From an uncultured Candidatus Binatia bacterium (GTDB lineage: Bacteria; Desulfobacterota; Binatia; Bin18), in NCBI GenBank assembly GCA_965232605.1, contig CBDDQA010000003.1:164556-228555 (forward strand): a stretch of DNA of 64,000 nucleotides. Reading direction: 5' to 3'. Position numbers and translations under genes: made by a program. Below are positions 9,534 to 18,712 of this stretch, piece after piece. The notes below the pieces were generated by a model. The model was not told the DNA's origin, made no database searches, and saw only the letters and a program-made list of their open reading frames with translations. Positions within the stretch are counted from its first letter, which is position 1. Each line of letters starts with the position of its first letter.

Positions 9534-10298
9534 TTAACACCACTTCATATACGAGCCGCCGTTCGGGCTGAGAATCTGGCCGGTCATGAATCCGGCTTCT
9601 TCCGAGGCCAGATAGGCGACGGCATGGGCGATGTCCTCGGGTTGGCCCAGTTTGCGCATCGGAATGGTCCTGGTCATGTTCTTGACCCAGCGCTCAGGAC
9701 TCTGCCGGACCATCGGGGTATCAATCACACCGGGGGCCACCGCATTGACCGTAATGCCCGTTCGCGCCAGCTCACTGGCCATGGCCACCGTGAGTCCGGC
9801 AATACCAGCCTTGGCCGCACAGTAATGGGCCAGACGGATTCCCCCGGTAAAGGCCCCCATAGAAGAGGTACTGATCAACCGACCCCAGCCGGCGGTTTTC
9901 ATCTCGGGTAGGACCGCGCGAAAGCAGTGATACGTCCCATTGAGATGCACGTCGAACATCCGGTCCCAGTCTTCCTCGGTCATGTCCGTAAACACCACCT
10001 GGGTTCCGATACCGGCGTTGCTGAACAGAATATCGACCGCGCCCAACTCCTGGCGCGCCTGGGCCGTTGCGGTTTCAACTGCACGCAGGTCTGACACATC
10101 GACCCGAAGCGCGAGCGCCTTGCGGCCCAGTTCAGCGACGGCCTGGGCCGTTTCCTCAGCCCCGGCCAGATTGATATCCGTCACCGCGATATCAGCGCCA
10201 CCGGTGGCCAACACCTGCGCGGTCGCGCGCCCAATACCCGACCCGGCTCCGGTTATGAACGCGACTCTGCCTGCTACGCCTGCCACCTCAGGCCTCAC
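9534..10298 (-). CDS. SDR family oxidoreductase, tandem paralog
   Basis: TGAGSGIG, SNAG and YCAAK motifs; C-terminus close to that of its neighbour (TGQ.LSPNGG). Confidence 0.92.
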   Translation of the reverse strand: MRPEVAGVAGRVAFITGAGSGIGRATAQVLATGGADIAVTDINLAGAEETAQAVAELGRKALALRVDVSDLRAVETATAQARQELGAVDILFSNAGIGTQVVFTDMTEEDWDRMFDVHLNGTYHCFRAVLPEMKTAGWGRLISTSSMGAFTGGIRLAHYCAAKAGIAGLTVAMASELARTGITVNAVAPGVIDTPMVRQSPERWVKNMTRTIPMRKLGQPEDIAHAVAYLASEEAGFMTGQILSPNGGSYMKWC

Positions 10299-10764
10299 TT
10301 CCTGCGGTTTCGACAGGGGTTTCTTCGGCTATGAGCTCACCCAGGCGTTTGTGAATTGTGGCCGCCTCCATATCTTTCAGAGCAATGGTCAGATTGCCCT
10401 GCTCGTCCACCGAAAACCGGGCGTGTTTATCCAGTTCCAGCGCCAGGCGAGAGATCATTGCGTTGCGAGTGGGCTGGTCCAGGGCGGCCTGCTCAAGCTC
10501 GCTCGTGCAGACCCCGAGCAGCTTGTCCACCACGCCTTTATGCTTTTCGATAGAGAACATGGAATGCCCGATGACGCATTGGCCGTACTGGAGCGTAGTA
10601 TACGTCCGGCCGGCCCGTTCCTCTTCAAGAATGCGCTTGGGCGGGGTGGGAAACGCCTCAATATGAGAGCGCACCCAGCCGTCCTCGGGGTCAGGCTCGG
10701 CCTCGCAGAACATGAGATTGATGTGCTGCATGCCGTCGGGTTTTGGATAAATTTCGATCAGCAT
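10288..10764 (-). CDS. Hypothetical protein overlapping the SDR start
   Basis: 158-aa ORF from MLIEIYPK with a purine-rich RBS; the longer ORF-track version is translated repeat. Confidence 0.7.
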   Translation of the reverse strand: MLIEIYPKPDGMQHINLMFCEAEPDPEDGWVRSHIEAFPTPPKRILEEERAGRTYTTLQYGQCVIGHSMFSIEKHKGVVDKLLGVCTSELEQAALDQPTRNAMISRLALELDKHARFSVDEQGNLTIALKDMEAATIHKRLGELIAEETPVETAGSEA

Positions 10765-10796
10765 CAGATCTCTCTCCTGCTTATGTTTCGATAATA

Positions 10797-10894
10797 AGGA
10801 ACCCACCCCGCCGCGAGCGCGGCACCCCTCCAAGGAGGGGATAAAAAAAGCTCCCCTCTTGGGAGGGGTGGCCCGTAGGGCCGGGGTGGGTTTC
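10797..10894. repeat. Family-A REP-like doublet (ACCCACCCCG...CACCCCTCC-AGGGG, inverted pair)
   Basis: Long nested palindrome; near-identical copy at 13385-13482. Confidence 0.85.
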
Positions 10895-10927
10895 TCTCGA
10901 CCGTATGCCACTCAAGGGACAGTACGC

Positions 10928-11308
10928 TCAGGCTTCCGCCCGCAGCTCGACTACATTGCCGTCCGGGTCACGGACAAAGACCACCGGGGCCAAACCCATA
11001 CTGGGCGGCGGAGCAAATTCCTGGAACTTCACCCGCCTTCTCTTGAGCACCCGTTTGGCCTCTTCGAGGTCTTCGACCTGGACCGCGATATGGGTGCCGA
11101 TACCCGGAATATCCTTGTCGGCCAGCGTGTTGCGCTGACCAATAATATGCACCTGGGTTCCGTCCACCTCATACCAGGCTCCAGGCACACCCTTGATCTT
11201 GGGTCGCTCAATCTCACCCAGGCCCAGAATCTCGCCATAGAACCGCTTTGCCTTTCTGACATCCGAGACCGGCACCCCGGTATGGCGGATCGATTTCGCC
11301 TTGATCAT
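10928..11308 (-). CDS. VOC/glyoxalase family protein
   Basis: HTGVPVSD...FYGEILG, HIAVQVED and RDPDGNVVEL motifs. Confidence 0.9.
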   Translation of the reverse strand: MIKAKSIRHTGVPVSDVRKAKRFYGEILGLGEIERPKIKGVPGAWYEVDGTQVHIIGQRNTLADKDIPGIGTHIAVQVEDLEEAKRVLKRRRVKFQEFAPPPSMGLAPVVFVRDPDGNVVELRAEA

Positions 11309-11325
11309 ATTCCCCTCCTTTCGGG

Positions 11326-12099
11326 TTACTCCAGTAAAAAGTCCGAGACCGCGTCAACAAAAGCCTCTTGTTCCTCCAGCATAATCATATGACCCGAACT
11401 CGCGAAGTGGACCAGGCGCGAACCGGGAATGGCGCGTTGAAACGCTTCCCCATAGACCGGCGGAATCAGCTTATCGGATTTCCCCCACAGCAGCAGGGTC
11501 GGCAGTTGCAGCCGGTGGATGCGCTTCTTGAGCCCTTTATCAGGAATCGGCCACAGGAATTTCCCGGTTGAGGCCAGGCATTTATACATCTCAAGCTGGG
11601 CTTCGGGGGATTGCAACTGTTCGGTAAACATCTGGCTCATGGGACCGCTGGGGTCGTGAAACACATGTTCGACCATCTGCTGCGGGTTAAAGGTAAAGAA
11701 ATCCGGAATGGGGTTGTCATCGAGCCACAGTCCTGCCGGGCAGACCAGCACCAGGCGGTTGATCCGGTACGGGGCGAGCGCGGCGACCTCCGCGGCCAAC
11801 ATGCCCCCCAGCGAGTGGCCGACAATATGCGGGCTATCGATCTGTAACTCGTCGAGAAAATCGTGGTAGTACAGGGCAAAGTCAATCACGTCGTCAATAT
11901 GCTCGATACCCGTTCCGGGGCCAAAGCCGGGATGGGCCGGGGCGTAAACGGTAAAATTCTGGGCAAGTTCCTCGAGAAACGGGGCGCCCACCATGGGGCC
12001 ACCGGCGCCGTGCAGAAACAGCAGCGGCTCGCCGTTGCCGCCCCACTGCATTGAGGTGGTAAATTTTCCATTCCGAATAGCGACCTTCACTTCTTGCAT
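11326..12099 (-). CDS. Alpha/beta hydrolase (Ser nucleophile)
   Basis: LHGAGG, PGFG, GHSLGG, WGKSDKL and SGHM motifs. Confidence 0.9.
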   Translation of the reverse strand: MQEVKVAIRNGKFTTSMQWGGNGEPLLFLHGAGGPMVGAPFLEELAQNFTVYAPAHPGFGPGTGIEHIDDVIDFALYYHDFLDELQIDSPHIVGHSLGGMLAAEVAALAPYRINRLVLVCPAGLWLDDNPIPDFFTFNPQQMVEHVFHDPSGPMSQMFTEQLQSPEAQLEMYKCLASTGKFLWPIPDKGLKKRIHRLQLPTLLLWGKSDKLIPPVYGEAFQRAIPGSRLVHFASSGHMIMLEEQEAFVDAVSDFLLE

Positions 12100-12129
12100 T
12101 CCAAACGATCTCCCTTCGGGGACGGCGTC

Positions 12130-13347
12130 CTAGAGGGCCGCGACCGGCATGCGATCTTCCTCATTCATCGGGTGCGGCGCCCAGCGGTCTTCCCACTCGT
12201 TCCACAACTGCTCGCGCAGAAACGGCAGTACCTCTTTAGCGTACAGTTCCGTATTCTTCCGGGTGAGCTCGCGACTCAGGTTGCCGAAATGGAGGAGGGA
12301 GAAAAGCTGCCCGACATTCATCTCCTTAATGACTTCCACCAGCCGCTCGCGCACGGTCGCCGGCGAGCCGGCGATCACATAGCCCTGCTCAACAAAGTCC
12401 TTCCATTTGAGGTCGGCCAACTGCTCGAAGCTAAAGGGCGATTTGAGCGACTTGATGGTCTTGAGCGTCAGATAGCCTGGCGCGGCAGCCCAATGGTCGG
12501 GCACGTGCAGACAGCGGTGGTAGAAATACGAGGCCGCCTCCGCATAGTCCTTTTCCGCTTGCGCGTCCGTCTCGGACACCCCGATGAATTGCAGATAGCC
12601 GGCGCGGTAGGGGTTCCGGTCCCGGCCGGCCCGGTCTACCGCCTCCCAATAGCCCCGCATCACCTGCGTGGCCGGCTCGTAGCCGAAATAACTCAGGAAG
12701 GCATACATATAGTCATGCGCGGCCACCCAGTCCCAGGTCTCGACGCTGCCGCCACCTGGAATCCACACCGGTGGATGCGGCTTTTGAACCGGGCGGGGCC
12801 AGATATTGACATAGCGGAGTTGGTTGTATTTGCCGTTAAAGGCAAACGGCTCGGGTTCGGTCCAGGCCTTAATGATCAGATCGTGGCCTTCCCGATATTT
12901 CTCGCGCAGCGTCAGGGGTGTCTGGCCGTAGGCAAAATTGGTGTCCATCGAGGTGCCGACCGGAAAGCCGCCCACAAAACGGCCACCCGAGATGCAGTCG
13001 AGCATGGCCATTTCTTCGGCAATGCGAATCGGCGGGTTGTACAGCGCAATCGAGTTGCCCAGCACAATCAGGGCGGCCTTGGAAGTCCGTCGGGCGAGCG
13101 CGGCCAGAATGAGATTGGGTGACGGCATCAGGCCGTAAGCGTTGGCGTGATGCTCGTTCACGCAAATACCGTCAAACCCAAGACTGTCCGCAAACTCCAG
13201 TTGATCCAGATATTCGTTGTAAAATTGATGGCCCCGAGCAGGATCGAATAATTCACTGGAAACATCTACCCACACACTCGGATGTTTTTCCCTGAAGTCT
13301 TCGGGCAGGTCTTGATACGGCATTAAATGAAACCAATGACTCTTCAT
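12130..13347 (-). CDS. LLM-class (luciferase-like) flavin-dependent oxidoreductase
   Basis: GFDGICVNEHH, AEEMAMLDCISGGR and WPRPVQKPHPP motifs. Confidence 0.93.
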   Translation of the reverse strand: MKSHWFHLMPYQDLPEDFREKHPSVWVDVSSELFDPARGHQFYNEYLDQLEFADSLGFDGICVNEHHANAYGLMPSPNLILAALARRTSKAALIVLGNSIALYNPPIRIAEEMAMLDCISGGRFVGGFPVGTSMDTNFAYGQTPLTLREKYREGHDLIIKAWTEPEPFAFNGKYNQLRYVNIWPRPVQKPHPPVWIPGGGSVETWDWVAAHDYMYAFLSYFGYEPATQVMRGYWEAVDRAGRDRNPYRAGYLQFIGVSETDAQAEKDYAEAASYFYHRCLHVPDHWAAAPGYLTLKTIKSLKSPFSFEQLADLKWKDFVEQGYVIAGSPATVRERLVEVIKEMNVGQLFSLLHFGNLSRELTRKNTELYAKEVLPFLREQLWNEWEDRWAPHPMNEEDRMPVAAL

Positions 13348-13384
13348 AACAGGCCCTCCTCATTGACGGCTCGGAACGAACATC

Positions 13385-13482
13385 AGGAACCCACCCCGCT
13401 GCTTCGCAGCACCCCTCCCAAGAGGGGATGAATGCCGCTCCCCTCCTTGGAGGGGTGGCCCGTAGGGCCGGGGTGGGTTCCT
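13385..13482. repeat. Family-A REP-like doublet
   Basis: AGGAACCCACCCCG...GGAGGGGTGGCCCGTAGGGCCGGGGTGGGTTCCT, same orientation as the copy at 10797. Confidence 0.85.
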
Positions 13483-13550
13483 TAATCCTTGTGCAAAAAG
13501 TTGTATCAGCCGGAGATTTGAGCCACAAGAGGAAAATCTGGTCTGTTTGT

Positions 13551-14834
13551 TCAGGGGGATGCAACAGACACGGGAAGGAGCATGGTTCTCGCCCGCACGA
13601 CCAGCATCAACGTGGCAGCACACAGCAGACCGATACCCACGCTGGTAAATCCGAGGTGATAGCTTCCGGTCGTGTCATACAGAAAGCCCATGAGAGTCGG
13701 GCCAACGAAGCCGCTCAAACAAATAACCGTCTGATAGAAACCGTAGATCACGCCGTGCGCTTTCATACCGAACATGCGCCCGGTCACGAGGGCGGTCAGC
13801 GGAGTGGTGCCACCAAAGAAAAAGCCGAAGCAGGCGACAAAGCCGACCACCGCAACTACGGGAGAAGCCCATAAGAGCAGGGTTATGCCGATACCACCCA
13901 GGGCATAACAGGTCGCCGCCAGTTGCAGCGGATCATAACGCTCACTCGCCCAGCCAAAACCCAGCCCGCTGAGTACGGACGTACTGAGCAGCACGCTGAC
14001 CAGCAGGGCCGCGTGCTGAGCGGAAAAGCCTTGATCCGTAAAATAGGGGTACTGATGGATCATCACGGAAAAGAGACAGCCATAGGCCAGAAAATAGATA
14101 CCAATGAGCGCCCAGAAACGACCGGTGCGGAGCGTATCGCGGGCGGATATCCCCTCCCCTGGGCCAGTATTGGGCGGCAAGTCGTCCGCGGTCGGTCTCG
14201 TCTCGCCGTCCGGCAGCAGACCCAGGTCAGCCGGCGTATCTCGCAACAGCCCAAACAACACCGGAAGCAGGATAAGCCACAGCAGCCCGCCCAGGATCAA
14301 CAGGGTGAGACGCCAGTCCACCCACTCGATACACCACGAGGCAAAGGGCGTCAGCAGCAGCCCGCCCACCGGAGCGCCGATCATGGCCGTACCCATGGCC
14401 CGACCGCGCTTGCGCGCAAACCAGCGCGAAATAAGGATATTGACCGGCACATGGGCCAGGGCCGTAAAGCCAACCCCGACCCCGAGACGCAGCACATAGA
14501 GTTGCCACAGGGCCGTCATCTGAGACAGCAGCATCAGGCACAGGCCCACCAATACGGCCGCCGGAATCATGACCGCCCGCGGCCCGTACAGCCCCACCGC
14601 GCGCCCGACAAAGGGAGCGGTGAGAGCAATGGCCAACATAAAGGCCGAAATCCCGCCGGAGACCTGCGCCCGGGTCCACCCGAACTCGGCGGTCAGCGGT
14701 TTGAGAAAGACGGGGAAGGACAGATTACCAACACCACCGGCCATCGACATGCTGACAAAGCATGTCACAACAATCCACCAGCCATAAAAAAACGCGGGCG
14801 CCCCCTCGCTCAATCCTCCGTCCCGGCCTGCCAT
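13551..14834 (-). CDS. MFS transporter (OFA/MCT-like)
   Basis: FFYGWWIV N-terminus, EFGWTRAQ, RWFARKRGRAMG, about 12 hydrophobic segments; the ORF-track extension is repeat and IS sequence. Confidence 0.9.
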   Translation of the reverse strand: MAGRDGGLSEGAPAFFYGWWIVVTCFVSMSMAGGVGNLSFPVFLKPLTAEFGWTRAQVSGGISAFMLAIALTAPFVGRAVGLYGPRAVMIPAAVLVGLCLMLLSQMTALWQLYVLRLGVGVGFTALAHVPVNILISRWFARKRGRAMGTAMIGAPVGGLLLTPFASWCIEWVDWRLTLLILGGLLWLILLPVLFGLLRDTPADLGLLPDGETRPTADDLPPNTGPGEGISARDTLRTGRFWALIGIYFLAYGCLFSVMIHQYPYFTDQGFSAQHAALLVSVLLSTSVLSGLGFGWASERYDPLQLAATCYALGGIGITLLLWASPVVAVVGFVACFGFFFGGTTPLTALVTGRMFGMKAHGVIYGFYQTVICLSGFVGPTLMGFLYDTTGSYHLGFTSVGIGLLCAATLMLVVRARTMLLPVSVASP

Positions 14835-14946
14835 GCCGCTACGTATAGAGGCCCGGCCGCCTATCCGTCCAGGGCGGTCGTTTTTGACGGAGGTCGGAAC
14901 GGCGACTTCAAGGCACTCCGTACTCCATTGCGGTGGGTAGTGAGAT

Positions 14947-15004
14947 GGTACGCAGGGCGCACCCTGCAAGAGGACGCCCGCTCGTAGGGTGCGTCCTACG
15001 CACC
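14947..15004. repeat. Inverted pair of GTAG REPs (GTAGGGTGCGTCCTACGCACC and a degenerate mirror copy)
   Basis: 14984-15004 is the exact reverse complement of 50436-50456. Confidence 0.8.
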
Positions 15005-15040
15005 TAGTTCCTGCCACCCAAACGGGCAGGGCGAGAACGA

Positions 15041-15139
15041 CCCTCCCTCGCTTCCTCGCCCTCTCCCTCACAGGGCGAGGGAATGTGCGCCCCCTCTCCC
15101 TCACGGGGAGGGAATAGCTGCCCCCTCTCCCCTTGGGGG
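15041..15139. repeat. Family-B hairpin cluster (CCCTCTCCC-N4/5-GGG(A/C)GAGGG x3); third unit interrupted by the IS
   Basis: Three successive CCCTCTCCC stems; the missing GGGAGAGGG arm reappears at 16347 after the IS. Confidence 0.75.
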
Positions 15140-16338
15140 CTGAGGACACGACAGTTTGGGAGGCGGTTGACTCATGAGGCTCCTTCTCGTCATGCTTCGG
15201 GTAGCCAAGGTCCCAAGCAAGCGGGAGGGAGTCATGAGTCAGCCAAGGGCAGTATACCAATGGACGGAGCAGATTGCACGGCAGTTTCCGCAGTTGCGCG
15301 CGTCGCAAGCGAAGGTGTTAGCGGCCTTTAGTTGGGGGGTGGTAGTGAGTCGGCGGTGTACCTTGCGCCTAGTGGCGGAGGCGCTGCCGCAGTGGGGGAA
15401 ACCGGATACGGTAGAGCGGCGCTTACAGCGCTTTGTGGCCAACCCGCGCGTGGACTGGCAGGGCGGGGCGGCGGCGCTCGCGGCCTGGGTGGTGACGCGC
15501 CTGGAGTCCCGCGCAGTCATAGTCTTGCTGGTGGACGAGACGAGCTTACAGGAGCATCTGAAGGCGATGGTGGTGAGTATTGCCTATCGGGGGCGGGCCT
15601 TACCGGTGGCGTGGTGGTGTTATCGGCCGGCGGCCTGGCCGCTAGGGCAAGTGGCCTTGATTACGCGCTTGTTGGATCAACTCGCCCCCGCTTTCCCGGC
15701 GCAGCGCCAAGTGCTCGTGCAGGCCGACCGGGGCATCGGCACGAGTCCGGCCCTGCGCGCGGCGATTGCTCAGCGTGGGTGGTATTGCCTGGTCCGGGTC
15801 CAGCGGACGGTCCGCGTTCAAGTGGCGGGCCACGAGATGGAGATCGGGGCCTTGGTCCCCGCGCCCGGCAAGCGCTGGGCGGGGGCCGGGCGGGTCTTCA
15901 AGCAGGCGGGGTGGCCTGCCTACTGGGGCGTGGGGCGCTGGCAGCGGGGGGCCCCTCAGCCGTGGCTGTTAGTGACCAATTGGCCCCAGGCGCAGGCGCG
16001 CTGGTAGGGGCTGCGGATGTGGGAAGAGGCGGCCTTCAAGGACCTGAAGTCGAGCGGCTGGCAGTGGCAGCGCAGTCACGTGCGCCTCCCAGCCCATGCC
16101 AATCGCCTCTGGTTGGTCTTGGCGCTCGCCACCGCCTGGATGAGCAGCTTAGGGACCCACGTGGTCCGCTCGCGGGGGCTGCGCCGCGAACTCACCCGGG
16201 GCCACCGCCGGCAGTACAGCGTCCTCCAACTCGGCTTGCGCTTCTTCGCCCGCTGGCGCGCCTTAGGCCGCCCCTTACCGGAGGACTTCCGCTTCGTCCC
16301 CCATCTCCCCACCTTACCCCAAACTGTCGTGACCTGAG
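15140..16338 (+). mobile_element. IS4-family insertion sequence with 21-bp imperfect terminal inverted repeats
   Basis: Left CTGAGGACACGACAGTTTGGG versus reverse complement of right CTCAGGTCACGACAGTTTGGG (2 mismatches); flanks CCCCTTGGGGG / CCCCTGGAGGG could be a decayed target duplication. Confidence 0.88.
15234..16337 (+). pseudogene. IS4-family DDE transposase with an in-frame TAG at 16005-16007
   Basis: LVDET, ADRG and WLLVTN motifs, then [*]GLRMWEEAAFKDLK (YREK signature with Tyr changed to stop); the two ORF-track ORFs are in the same frame. Confidence 0.88.
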
Positions 16339-16432
16339 CCCCTGGAGGGAGAGGGCTGGAGCCTGCCCCGCACTTGATGCGGGGGTGAGGGGGAATAAGC
16401 AAGCTGAACCGCGCCCTTGCGGTGACACATCC

Positions 16433-17590
16433 TCAAATGGCGCGCATCTTGGGCAAGACCTCTTGGGCAAAGAGGCGCAGGCTCTGCGTGGCGAGTTCAT
16501 CCGGTAGGGAGCCAAACTGAAACATCGCCAGTAAGGTTCCGCGTTTGCCCTCTTCGCGTTGGCGTTTGATTTGCGCGATCACACTTTCCGGGCCGCCCAA
16601 AATGACCGTCCCATTCTCAATTCCTTCATCGACGCTATAGCCCATGGCCTTGCCCGTGTCTTTACTCGTGACGTTCTTGAGCCAATCGCGCATGCCATTG
16701 ACACTCATATGTCCGGGAATAAGCGAGACAGTGCCGATATCAAACGACGCCAGCGCGCGGAAGAAGTGGTATTCTAAATGCGTTTCAGCCTCCTGGCGCG
16801 CCTTTTTATCGCTCTCGCCAACGTATAATGCGCAGATCGAGGCAAACATATCATCAAAATCCTCGGGGACGGTGATGCTTTGCTCTTGAGCCAGCCGATA
16901 ATACGTCTCGTGGACCGCGCGCGTCCGCTCAATACTGACCCACGGCGTGGCAATATAGGTGCTATTTCTGACCGCAAAATCGAGCGAGTCCAGGCTATTG
17001 GCCGCCATCCAGATTTTCGGATAGGGCTGCTGCAAGGGCTTCGGCCAGATATTATAGTCCCGGACGCGGTAAAACTGGCCGTCAAAATCAAACCGCCCCT
17101 CACTCGAAAGCGCTTTCAGGACTAAGGAAAACCCTTCCCGAAACCGCGCCTGAGATTCCGCCGGATTGACGTTGTAGGACAGGTATTCAGTCGGAAAACC
17201 ACGCAGCGCCCCCCAAATAAAACGCCCATTGCTCAGGTGATCCAGCATGGCCACCTCTTCCGCAATGGCAAGCGGGTGGTGTAACGGAATGCAGGTGCCG
17301 GTGACCGCCACTTGCAGATGTTTGGTCCGTTGTGAGACGGCTGCTGCCATGAGGTGCGTCGAGGGCACCATGGCACAAAATCCGCCGCCGCCATGATGCT
17401 CCTGACAGGTGAAGCCATCCAACCCAAGCTCATCACTGAGCGTGATCCGGTCCAATTCTTGTTGAAGTAACGCGTTTCCCTGAACAGGATCAAAATACCG
17501 ATTCGAGAGTGGATACGATCCAGGCGTGCCAACGGGAGCGTCGTCGGGCAGGTGCGGCCAGCCAAACAGCACCATATTAAAGACTCTCAT
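16433..17590 (-). CDS. LLM-class flavin-dependent oxidoreductase
   Basis: QEHH, AEEVAMLDHLSNGR and WPKPLQQPYP motifs; ATGA overlap with the upstream hydrolase. Confidence 0.92.
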   Translation of the reverse strand: MRVFNMVLFGWPHLPDDAPVGTPGSYPLSNRYFDPVQGNALLQQELDRITLSDELGLDGFTCQEHHGGGGFCAMVPSTHLMAAAVSQRTKHLQVAVTGTCIPLHHPLAIAEEVAMLDHLSNGRFIWGALRGFPTEYLSYNVNPAESQARFREGFSLVLKALSSEGRFDFDGQFYRVRDYNIWPKPLQQPYPKIWMAANSLDSLDFAVRNSTYIATPWVSIERTRAVHETYYRLAQEQSITVPEDFDDMFASICALYVGESDKKARQEAETHLEYHFFRALASFDIGTVSLIPGHMSVNGMRDWLKNVTSKDTGKAMGYSVDEGIENGTVILGGPESVIAQIKRQREEGKRGTLLAMFQFGSLPDELATQSLRLFAQEVLPKMRAI

Positions 17591-18405
17591 GCGCCTCCCC
17601 TCTCCTGTGGCGGAATGAAAGTGTGAATAGCCTGGATAACGGCCTCGCACCCTTCCACATACGGCAGATGTCCGGCCCGCGGAATTATCACGCTGTGAGC
17701 GTGCGGTAGCGACGCGGTCCACAGCGCGGCGTGCGCTGGCGCCAAGAGGGGGTCCTGCTCGCCCCAGACGACAAGCGTTGGAGTAGTCAAAAGATGCAAG
17801 TGATGGCGCAGGCTGCGACTGTGCAGGTAGGGGTCAAACACCAGGCGGATACTCGCGTTTCGGTTGTTGATGAATGCGTCGGTCCAGTTACTCAGCTCTG
17901 GGACATACAGTGAGGCATTCTCCAGGGCTACATCCGTAAAAAAATACTGCGGCAAGCGCGCCGGGTCCGTATAGAAGAGATTGGGCACCTTGGTCCAGTC
18001 CTGCACTAAGCCGAGCGGGCTGATCAAAACCAACCTGGCAATGCGCTCCGGTCTGAGCAGAGCGAGTTCAGCTCCTACCCATCCGCCGAGGCACGAGCCG
18101 ACGACAATCGGCCGTTTGAGCGACAGCGCATCAAAGAATTGCAGCAGCAACACCGCCAAGTCGTGCGGCGTCTTTGCCCACTCCGGCAATGTGGATTGCC
18201 CATAGCCCGGCAGGTCGGGAACAAACACCTGAAAACGTTCGGCGAGCCGTTGGTGGTAGTCCATCCAGCCCGGCTCGCCCCATAACCAGTGGAGCCATAC
18301 CAGCGGCAGACCCCGGCCGGCCCGATGGTAGCAAAACTGAAGAGTGTCCTGCGCTGCGCCATCTCCAGGCAGTTCAAGCGTTTCGCGTTGCGGAGTCATG
18401 CTCAC
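17587..18405 (-). CDS. Alpha/beta hydrolase fold protein with a G-S-C-L-G elbow
   Basis: PDLPGYGQS, GSCLGG, WGEQDPL and AGHLP motifs. Confidence 0.88.
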   Translation of the reverse strand: MSMTPQRETLELPGDGAAQDTLQFCYHRAGRGLPLVWLHWLWGEPGWMDYHQRLAERFQVFVPDLPGYGQSTLPEWAKTPHDLAVLLLQFFDALSLKRPIVVGSCLGGWVGAELALLRPERIARLVLISPLGLVQDWTKVPNLFYTDPARLPQYFFTDVALENASLYVPELSNWTDAFINNRNASIRLVFDPYLHSRSLRHHLHLLTTPTLVVWGEQDPLLAPAHAALWTASLPHAHSVIIPRAGHLPYVEGCEAVIQAIHTFIPPQERGGA

Positions 18406-18712
18406 AGATTTTCCCTTTTGCGATTAGGGTTAGCATAATCTCAGTAGTTCTACAGCCTGGAATATTTGTTTTTGACTATACTCAGTAATTTTTCCTTATA
18501 GACGAAGCCCGACATATAACAACTATCTGGCAAACAGGGAGATATCGTTTAGATGAATGAATTCTTGCCAGGTTTGAGGTTCGGGAGGACCGAGGGAGAC
18601 TGAGAGGCTGAACGGCGAAGGGCTTGTCTGTCCACGCCAGACTCACGCCCCCCTCCCATCCATGCTAGGAGGAGGAGCGCACTTCTCAGCGCATGTCTCA
18701 GGGAGGTGTTTC

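Noticed and set aside
10765-10911. Shared peptide KPTPALRATPP.RG in ORFs at 10911 and 13564 as a protein domain
   Set aside because: It is the translation of the Family-A DNA repeat, not a coding domain.
14835-15308. 158-aa N-terminal extension of the MFS transporter in the ORF track
   Set aside because: It is translated REP and IS sequence; the MFS begins near the FFYGWW motif.
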